Shown here one piece after another: positions 39,301 through 48,149 of a stretch of 64,000 nucleotides of DNA. The notes under the pieces were generated by a model. That model saw only the letters and a list, made by a program, of their open reading frames with translations, searched no databases and had not been told where the DNA came from. The translations under genes and the position numbers were made by a program. How positions within the stretch are numbered: position 1 is the first letter of the stretch; each line of letters opens with the position of its first letter. The stretch lies in NCBI GenBank assembly GCA_963664225.1, contig OY760937.1:1920001-1984000 (forward strand), read 5' to 3'. Origin of the DNA: Verrucomicrobiia bacterium. Lineage in GTDB: Bacteria; Verrucomicrobiota; Verrucomicrobiia; Limisphaerales; UBA1319.

Positions 39301-39379
39301 GGGAGCGCGCCCCCCGGCGTCCGATTGGAACTGCTGGCCGACCGCGGTCCTCGTCATTGGCTCAATCCTCTGGTTCGGT
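39301..39379 (-). mobile_element. Truncated attC-like site (right arm missing)
   Basis: Minus: ACCGAAC cagaggattgagccaatgacgagg...; begins like an attC but has no complementary arm or GTT core. Confidence 0.45.
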
Positions 39380-39839
39380 TGGTGTAATATGCAGCAATGC
39401 TCTCGGCATTCTGAATGGCCTCAACATCCGCATCCAATTCCAACAACCTCTGTGCAAGCCATTCGGCCCAGACTCCAACGGCTTGGTGCGCTTTTACCCC
39501 AAGAGCTTCCAGGTTCCACCATATTTTGCCATTTTCCCGGGGCCTGAGATACCCACCCAAATAAATCCACGTTACGTCATCGTCACAATGCTCCATCATG
39601 TATACCATAATCACCGGAAGATAATAACCAACCCCTTGAGGCTTCATGTATGAAAATTCTTCAGTGTAAAGATGACCCCACCCACCTCGCGCCGCCACCT
39701 GTTCTCGAGTTAAGCCAAGATAGTTTTTGAGCACCTCTTCACCATCTATTCCGCCAGCGTCCAAGTCTCCTTCGTGCTGTGGCATCTGGAATCCGCGAAA
39801 CGCATCCTCAATCATCGTCTGGATATGCGTCTGATTCAT
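39354..39839 (-). CDS. Cassette gene, hypothetical acidic protein (161 aa)
   Basis: ATG 3 nt after the core of attI-like copy 3; 'IEDAF....P', 'F.YM.P.G..YYLP..M'; stop lies inside the attC-like sequence. Confidence 0.7.
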   Translation of the reverse strand: MNQTHIQTMIEDAFRGFQMPQHEGDLDAGGIDGEEVLKNYLGLTREQVAARGGWGHLYTEEFSYMKPQGVGYYLPVIMVYMMEHCDDDVTWIYLGGYLRPRENGKIWWNLEALGVKAHQAVGVWAEWLAQRLLELDADVEAIQNAESIAAYYTNRTRGLSQ

Positions 39840-39842
39840 ACT

Positions 39843-39952
39843 GCCGAGCTTTGATTATGCGACGAGCGGTCCGGATTTTGGACCGGATAGAATCCATTTT
39901 TAATTCGTCGCATGTACTGGATTTAGACCCTTTTCCACTGCTGGTCAACATC
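39843..39952 (-). promoter_or_regulatory. Pc-like promoter + attI-like site, module copy 3
   Basis: TTGACC-17-TAAATC ... GTCGCATAATCAAA|GCTCGGC agtATG. Confidence 0.65.
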
Positions 39953-40010
39953 GGAGGTTCTGCCCAGCCCGCTGACTGGCCGGTTTGGGAGCGTGGGAAA
40001 TGGCTGGGGG

Positions 40011-40066
40011 CTGAGGGCTGAGGGCTGAGGGCTGAGGGCTGAGGGCTGAGGGCTGAGGGCTGAGGG
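40011..40066. repeat. Heptamer microsatellite (CTGAGGG)8
   Basis: 8 perfect copies; only 2 copies at the paralogous site 42231-42244. Confidence 0.95.
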
Positions 40067-40488
40067 TTCGGGCCACCTCTCCAGGAGGAGGAACAGCGTT
40101 TGCGCGGCACTTGAAGGTTTGGACGGCGCGAATGATACCGCCGCGTGGGGTTGGCAGTGGCAGATAAATACATGGCTGGGCCGGATGGGATGGGATTTGA
40201 TTCAACGCCTACAGCGTTGGGATTTCTCTGGGGACGGAGACCCCGGGTAGCCCTCGGCGGGCAACCCGGGTCTGAATGATTTAATCCCTTCGGGATAATG
40301 AGGTGCCACCCGGGGTAGCATTTCCACGGCAACCCGAGTGTGAATGATTGCAGCCCGTTCCGGGTTGGCCGGAGGATGGGCGGCAAGGTGCAGTGCAGGG
40401 GGGATTTTGAGTTTCGAAGGGTTGCGCGAGTTCAAATGCCTCTGCGATACGGTGGCCGAACCGGCTGAAGCCGGGACTCCATACCGAG

Positions 40489-41030
40489 GGACGCCAGGGT
40501 GAGCCACGGCAGCCAGAGCTTTGTCTTTCGCAGCGCGAAAAACATCGGCAGAACGACCAGCAGGAAGATCAGGAACGGCCAGGTATTAAAGAGCATTGAG
40601 CCGGAAATGATTGGGGGTGATTGCCGGAGCTATTTCGAGGCCCTCAATTGTTGAAGCTCCTCCGGGGTGACGCGTTTGACATCCTTGCCGCGTTGCTCCC
40701 GGTTTGGCGGAGCCGTTACCCGACCTTCGCCGATGTGGGTGACGAACGCCAAAAGCGTCGTCCATTTGAATGTCTCCGCTTGCATTGGTTTTGGGCCAAT
40801 CTACACACGTGGGCGGCCAAATCCAGTTTAATGTCAGGCCATCGGCGGGACGGGGAAAAACCACAAAGATGGAACGGGGAATGAGAATTTAACCGCAAAG
40901 AAATCAAAGATCTCAAAGAGGGAAAAGGGATTTGGAGTTAAGTATTTGTCATTGAAACAATTTCCGCCCGAGCCGGGTTGGGGCGTTCCATGAGCGCCAA
41001 TACCGCGCTGCCCTGTTTGATGAAAACGAC
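40489..41030. repeat. ~540 bp direct repeat, copy 2: MBOAT 5' stub pseudogene + collapsed TolB/FGE remnant
   Basis: Matches 36546-37087; the MBOAT stub (MLFNTWPFL...) runs into a REP-like element. Confidence 0.9.
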
Positions 41031-41100
41031 TGCGGGAATGGGAAAAAGCGTCAGGGAAAAGGGGATAATACTATGGTTTGGACCCTAACTGCCCCTAACT

Positions 41101-41535
41101 CTAACTTTTAAGTCGCTTGGACTCTCTCTTGCCGTGTTGCTTCGGGTCAGCAAGCACCCGAGCCGTCTTCCAGAATCGGAACTCTCGATAGACTGTCTCG
41201 CACTTCATATCTTTATTGGGAAAGCGGAGCTTTATGTACAACAGGTGTGGCTCGATGAGGGCTTCGACCTTATTCGTCGGAGAACTTATCCACTCCCAGC
41301 CACGGTCCGTGTGGACGTAGCTGCCTGCATCGAAAGGAGGCGGGTCCACTTCAAGCCAGTAGAGTATTCGGCCTCCGGCAAACTGTACAAAATTGTGCGA
41401 AACTGCTCCCACGTCGGCGAATTCCTGAGGCACTTGATAAATTCCCGTGACTGGTCCAGCCGCGAACCATGCGCCGACGAACGCAATCCCGAACGCACAC
41501 ATGCTGCCAACTAGTATCTTATAGCGCTGCTTCAT
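41101..41535 (-). CDS. Cassette gene, exported hypothetical protein (144 aa)
   Basis: N-terminal signal/TM; lies downstream of a degenerate attC; ends at AGT-TAG. Confidence 0.65.
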   Translation of the reverse strand: MKQRYKILVGSMCAFGIAFVGAWFAAGPVTGIYQVPQEFADVGAVSHNFVQFAGGRILYWLEVDPPPFDAGSYVHTDRGWEWISSPTNKVEALIEPHLLYIKLRFPNKDMKCETVYREFRFWKTARVLADPKQHGKRESKRLKS

Positions 41536-41555
41536 AAGAATATGGTGGTCGGCGG

Positions 41556-41645
41556 CCTTGACGTCCGCGATGAGGGGCGGCGGGCCGGTGGCATTCGGAT
41601 TGCAACTGAGACGTCATCGTGGGATTCGCTGCAGCCTGATTGCTA
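41556..41645 (-). mobile_element. Degenerate or hybrid attC-like site
   Basis: Intergenic ~90 bp; left part resembles the 38760-38852 attC (gcag(c/t)gaatccc), arms pair poorly, ends GTCAAGG. Confidence 0.4.
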
Positions 41646-42077
41646 AGTGCCTTCTTCATTGTGGTGAACCGGAATCGTCACTACCTCGAATTCTTGTCCG
41701 TCTTTGCTGAAGGTGAAGATCCAGCCGGTCTGCTTGAAATCCTGCACCTCACAGGTCACGGAGTAAATCAGATCATCCGAGCCTGCCTTGAGGCTCATTC
41801 GTGCTTTTGTCGCGGCCTGTTCGAGTTTCTTCCGCTCTTTGGGTGTGAGGAGGCCAATGCCTTCGTCTTCAAGGCATGCCTCGTCGTGTGCAACACCACT
41901 GCCTAACGACGGATCAAATGGATGTCTGTTCGTGACGAAAATATGAGGACGCTCCAAGCCCCAATTCTCGTATTCCTCTTTCGACTCAGCGACCACCTGC
42001 ACGTAGCCGACGCACTGACCCTCATTCCACCAGACCAGATCGCCAAGTCGAATCGTTGAGCCATCGGGGTATCTCAT
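41643..42077 (-). CDS. Cassette gene, hypothetical protein (144 aa)
   Basis: 'MRYPDGSTIRLGDLVWW' N-terminus; ATG immediately after attI-like copy 4. Confidence 0.7.
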   Translation of the reverse strand: MRYPDGSTIRLGDLVWWNEGQCVGYVQVVAESKEEYENWGLERPHIFVTNRHPFDPSLGSGVAHDEACLEDEGIGLLTPKERKKLEQAATKARMSLKAGSDDLIYSVTCEVQDFKQTGWIFTFSKDGQEFEVVTIPVHHNEEGT

Positions 42078-42185
42078 GCCCTCTGATAATGCGACGAGCG
42101 GTCCGGATTTTGGACCGGATAGAATCCATTTTTAATTCGTCGCATGTACTGGATTTAGACCCTTTTCCACTGATGGTCAACATCA
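42078..42185 (-). promoter_or_regulatory. Pc-like promoter + attI-like site, module copy 4 (core altered)
   Basis: TTGACC-17-TAAATC ... GTCGCATTATCAGAGGGC ATG. Confidence 0.6.
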
Positions 42186-42389
42186 GAGGTTCGGCCCGCT
42201 GGCTTACCGGTGCGGCAGCGTGGGAAATGGCTGAGGGCTGAGGGAGAAAGCACGGAGGAGGTTGAGGGTTCAGACCACCTCTCCAGGAGGAGGAACAGCG
42301 TTTGCGCGGCACTTGAAGATTTGGACGGCGCGAATGATATCGCCGCGTGGGGTTGGCATTGGCAGATATATACATGGCTGGGCAGGATG

Positions 42390-44558
42390 GGGATGCGGAA
42401 TTTGATTCAACGCCTACAGAGTTGGGATTTCCTGGGGGACGGGGACCCCGGGTAGCCCTCGGCGGGCAACCTGGGGCTGAATGATTTAATCCCTTCGGGA
42501 TAATGAGGTGACACCCGGGGTAGCATTTCCATGGCAACCCGAGTGTGAATGATTGCAGCCCGTTCCGGGTTGGCCGGAGGATGGGCGGCAAGGGGGAATG
42601 CAGGAGGGATTTTGAGTTTCGAAGGGTTGCGCGAGTTCAAATGCATCTGCGATACGGTGACCGAACCGGCTGAAGCCGGGACTCCATACCGAGGGACGCC
42701 GGGTCGGGGGACACGGCCTACAAGTTGATGCGGCGGATAATATGATGATCTGACTGGCTGAAGCAGGGTGCAGACCTGATCATTTAAGCACGATTGAGGA
42801 GGATCAACGATTGCAGATTGGAAATCTGCGATACAGCAGACAGGATGTCTGCGCTACGGCTGGAAGGCTGCGAATGCTACAAGCCGCTCGATTTCATAGC
42901 GGTCCACGCAGGCTGAAGCCGGGACTCCATACCGAGGGACGCCAGGGTGAGCCGGAAGGGTGGAAACCGCTAATCCTCGGTAATTGACGCTAATAAAATG
43001 GAATTTAAGGTTCGCGCGAAGTAGTGAATAAGACAAAAAGTCAGGACGGGATGGGTTTTAACCGATGAGCAGCGATACCCGCCAACTGGTTTATCGGAGG
43101 CGTTAAGCCGACTAAAAGTCGGCGCTCCGCCGTGGGTGTTTCAACCGTCGTCACGCTATGGGCCTTTGCGTGTGGCGGAAACGAAAGGGGGAATGGACGG
43201 GATTGGGGGATGCGGAATTTGATTCAACGCCTACAGCGTTGGGATTTCTCTGGGGGGGGCGAGCACCCCGGGTAGCCCTCGGCGGGCAACCCGGGGCTGA
43301 ATGATTTAATCCCTTCGAGATAATGAGGTGCCACCCGGGGTAGCATTTCCACGGCAACGTGGGCTGAATGATTGCAGTGCGTTCCGCATAGCCCGGAGGA
43401 TGGGCGGCAAGGTGCAGTGCAGGGGGGATTTTGAGTTTCGAAGGGTTGCGCGAGTTCAAATGCCTCTGCGATACGGTGACCGAACCGGCTGAAGCCGGGA
43501 CTCCATACCGAGGGACGCCGGGTCGGGGGACACGACCTACAAGTTGATGCGGCGGATAATATGATGATCTGACTGGCTGAAGCAGGGTGCAGACCTGATC
43601 ATTTAAGCACGATTGAGGAGGATCAACGATTGCAGATTGGAAATCTGCGATACAGCAGACAGGATGTCTGCGCTACGGCTGGAAGGCTGCGAATGCTACA
43701 AGCCGCTCGATTTCATAGCGGTCCACGCAGGCTGGAGCCGGGACTCAATACCGAGGGACGCCAGGGTGAGCCGGAAGGGTGGAAACCGCTAATCCTCGGT
43801 AATTGACGCTAATAAAATGGAATTTAAGGTTCGCGCGAAGTAGTGAATAAGACAAAAAGTCAGGACGGGATGGGTTTTAACCGATGAGCAGCGATACCCG
43901 CCAACTGGTTTATCGGAGGCGTTAAGCCGACTAAAAGTCGGCGCTCCGCCATGGGTGTTTCAACCGTCGTCACGCTACGGGCCATTGCGTGTGGAGGAAA
44001 CGAAAGGGGGAATGGACGGGATTGGGGGATGGGATTTGATTCAACGCCTACAGCGTTGGGATTTCCTAGGGGACGGGGACCCCGGGTGGCTCGTGCCTCG
44101 CGACCCGGGGCTGAATGATTTAATCCCTTCGGGATAATGAGGTGCCACCCGGGGTAGCATTTCCACGGCAACCCGGGTGTGAATGATTGCAGCCCGTTCC
44201 GGGTTGGCCGGAGGATGGGCGGCAAGGGGGAATGCAGGAGGGATTTTGAGTTTCGAAGGGTTGCGCGAGTTCAAATGCATCTGCGATACGGTGACCGAAC
44301 CGGCTGAAGCCGGGACTCCATACCGAGGGACGCCGGGTCGGGGGACACGGCCTACAAGTTGATGCGGCGGATAATATGATGATCTGACTGGCTGAAGCAG
44401 GGTGCAGACCTGATCATTTAAGCACGATTGAGGAGGATCAACGATTGCAGATTGGAAATCTGCGATACAGCAGACAGGATGTCTGCGCTACGGCTGGAAG
44501 GCTGCGAATGCTACAAGCCGCTCGATTTCATAGCGGTCCACGCAGGCTGAAGCCGGGA
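42390..44558. repeat. 817-bp tandem repeat (~2.6 copies) composed of several REP-like palindromes
   Basis: 'tttgattcaacgcctaca' at 42401, 43218 and 44035; a partial copy also at ~40190-40490. Confidence 0.92.
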
Positions 44559-45491
<933 letters not shown>

Positions 45492-45545
45492 TTTACGACT
45501 GAATGCTTGGAGGTTGGGAAATGGCACAGGTTTGTTGTCCCCGGT

Positions 45546-46703
45546 TTAGCGGCGCGGCTTGAACCAGTCCGGCTCTTTGTTGCTCAAACCGTTTGTCGTG
45601 AGCATGAAGAAGTCGGCTTCGGTGCCTTGATCCAGAACCAGATTTGCGGCCCGGTCCACCTTGACCACGCAGATGTTCCAACCCTTGGCATACACGCCAT
45701 GGATTTCCGCCGCCGCCTGATGGGTTCCGGGCTTGGAGGGGTCACCGCCGCTGTCGGGTCCGCGGCTCAAGGCCAGGAACTGACCATCGGGCGACCAGTC
45801 CACATGATAGATCTTGTTGTGCTCGTCCTTGATTTTCACGCTCCAATTGCCCACCGCCGGTTCGGCCGCTTCGAGATCGATGGGTGCGGCGGCAATATCC
45901 TGGTCCTCGGCTCCCCACGCCACCATCTTTCCATCCGGGCTGAAGCAGGGACGGCAGCCGGGGATCTTCAGGTTGATGATTTTGTTCCCATGGGCCTCGA
46001 TGAGCACGATGGCATGTTCAAATCCCATTCCCGCGTGGACGGTTGAGACGATCCATTTGCCGTTCGAGGACCAATTGGGGTTGTAAAGATGATGCAGGTT
46101 GGTGCTGTTCACGTGCGGCGTGATTTTGCCGGTGGACAGGTCATAGAAATTCATCCCCTTGGTGGAAAAATCAATGATGTCGAACTTGGAAAATTCCTGC
46201 GGCAAAAAGCCGATGATCTTGCCGTCCGGGCTCCAGAAAGGCTCGCGGGCGTGATCGGCTATTGTCTTCCGGTTCTTGCCATCCACATCCATCAGGCAAA
46301 CGCTGCGCACGGTCTCCCGGCCTTCGCCAACGTCCGATACGAAGCAAATCCTGGAGCCGTCCGGCGAAACCTGCGGGTAGTGCTCCTGCTCGTTTGGCGT
46401 CTGCGTCAGATTCGTTGGATCGGAGCCGTCGCCATTCATGACGAAAATGTCCGAGCTATTCCCGACATAGCTTTCGTAGGCGATCTTGAACCCGAGAGGC
46501 CGCACCAGTTCGCGCACCGGGGTTTGCGCCGCCGCCGACGCGGTCGCCAGGGCCAGCACAACCGGGATCAACTGGAGATAGGCCGAACACGATGGCCGCG
46601 AGGAGTGGTTGCTTTTGGAGATGCTTTTGGGAAAGCATTTCATGACACCGCTGTTGGTGACGAACGCCAAAAGCGTCGTCCATTTGAATGTCTTCGCTTG
46701 CAT
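45546..46703 (-). CDS. TolB-like PD40 beta-propeller protein
   Basis: Repeated 'P..SPDG..I.F' and 'WSPDG'; 'DIFVMNGDGS', 'EPDW'. Confidence 0.85.
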   Translation of the reverse strand: MQAKTFKWTTLLAFVTNSGVMKCFPKSISKSNHSSRPSCSAYLQLIPVVLALATASAAAQTPVRELVRPLGFKIAYESYVGNSSDIFVMNGDGSDPTNLTQTPNEQEHYPQVSPDGSRICFVSDVGEGRETVRSVCLMDVDGKNRKTIADHAREPFWSPDGKIIGFLPQEFSKFDIIDFSTKGMNFYDLSTGKITPHVNSTNLHHLYNPNWSSNGKWIVSTVHAGMGFEHAIVLIEAHGNKIINLKIPGCRPCFSPDGKMVAWGAEDQDIAAAPIDLEAAEPAVGNWSVKIKDEHNKIYHVDWSPDGQFLALSRGPDSGGDPSKPGTHQAAAEIHGVYAKGWNICVVKVDRAANLVLDQGTEADFFMLTTNGLSNKEPDWFKPRR

Positions 46704-46739
46704 TGGTTTTGGCCAATCTACACACGTGGGGGAAGAGAA

Positions 46740-46952
46740 ATCAACATGGATGATCAGGATGAGAGAGGAAATGGATAATGGACAATTGAGAATGGACCGA
46801 AAAAGAAGACGAACAACAGATGGGGATAAGCATGGGCGGACATGGAAAGACAGGATTTACGGGATGGGGAGTGGATAAGCAGGGGAATCCGCAGATGGCG
46901 CTGAGAAACGCAGATTTTAAACCGCGAAGGAACGGGAATGAACGCGAAAAAT
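46740..46952. repeat. Purine-rich degenerate short-period repeat tract
   Basis: aatggataatggacaattgagaatgg, catggatgatcaggatg, ccgcagatggcgctgagaaacgcagat. Confidence 0.45.
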
Positions 46953-46996
46953 ATGAGTTTTTTAAGAAAAGGATATCATCCAACCCCAGCGCAAGA

Positions 46997-48124
46997 CTAT
47001 CGACTGGAGGCATCATAAGCCGCTCCATTGGCATCAAGACGGCGCCAGACCGTGTCCTTGTCGGGATTCGACAAAATACCGTACCGATGGGGTCTTCGAT
47101 AGGCGTTGCCCCAAATGGTTCTGGCGCGCGTGGCGCGGAGTCTCCCAAGATCGAAACGCGCCAGAAATATGCCACTGGCCTGGCCCGCGCGAACAAGGCA
47201 TTTGCCGTCTGGATCGTAAGCCGTGGAATTGCCGTTCTGATACGGCTCGGGATAATTGGCCAAGGCTGTTCCCACGCAATTCTCCCAGGCGCGGATTTTA
47301 AACTGATCGATGTGCAATTCACCCAGGCCGCATGCATTGGGCGTGAGAATGATTTCCGCCCCTTTTAACATGAGAATCCGGGCGCTTTCCGGCTGTTCGC
47401 GGTCAAAGCAAATCATGGCTCCGACCTTCACGATTCCGGCCCTGGCATCCAGGTCTCCCACGAAGAATGCATCGCCCGGCTGGGTGGCCGCCTCCATGGG
47501 AATAAAATCACAGGTGTGGACTTTCGCGTAGGTAAAGACCTCGCGGCCATGGCGGTCAAAAAGCGTGATGGCATTCCGGGGCGCCGGCGCGAACGCTTGC
47601 AGATAAGTGACGCCGATGGCCATGTCGAGTTCTTTGGCCAGGGCACTGAAATGCTGAATCTCCGGTCCATCCTTGCGCAGGGCTTTCGCCGCAAAGGCCT
47701 CGCGCGCTCCAGGCTTTTGCGCCTCAAAGCCAGAGTAGCCGATGCTCCACATCTCCGGCATCAAGGCCGCGTCAGCCCCCTGCGCCGCCGCCTGACGGCA
47801 GTATTGTTCCGCAATGGCGAGGTTTGTGGTCACGTTGTCCTTGTCAGGCTGCATTTGAAGGAGCGCCACGGTGAATGACAGGTTGGTTTCCCCGGCCAGC
47901 GCGGGGGCGTGGAAATCCGCAACAATCGCGCATGCGACAAGCACCATCGCGGCCCATGTTCGACGGCATCGTGTTGAAAAGTGCCTTGCCTGTGAGGTAT
48001 GGAATGCTGTGACGCCAGGGTCACCCGCAGGGACAAGTGAGTTGCTCATGCTGGTGAAGGATTTTAAGAGGCGCTGGGGCGTTGTCCAGCGAGTTGTGGG
48101 CCGCGGGTGCAGGGCAAAACTCAA
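46997..48124 (-). CDS. Carbon-nitrogen hydrolase (nitrilase superfamily), probably exported; true start likely downstream of 48124
   Basis: 'LMPEMW' (E), 'YAKVH' (K), 'MICFDREQPE' (C) triad. Confidence 0.88.
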   Translation of the reverse strand: MSFALHPRPTTRWTTPQRLLKSFTSMSNSLVPAGDPGVTAFHTSQARHFSTRCRRTWAAMVLVACAIVADFHAPALAGETNLSFTVALLQMQPDKDNVTTNLAIAEQYCRQAAAQGADAALMPEMWSIGYSGFEAQKPGAREAFAAKALRKDGPEIQHFSALAKELDMAIGVTYLQAFAPAPRNAITLFDRHGREVFTYAKVHTCDFIPMEAATQPGDAFFVGDLDARAGIVKVGAMICFDREQPESARILMLKGAEIILTPNACGLGELHIDQFKIRAWENCVGTALANYPEPYQNGNSTAYDPDGKCLVRAGQASGIFLARFDLGRLRATRARTIWGNAYRRPHRYGILSNPDKDTVWRRLDANGAAYDASSR

Positions 48125-48149
48125 AACTGCGGGAAGCTCCGGCCCGGGT

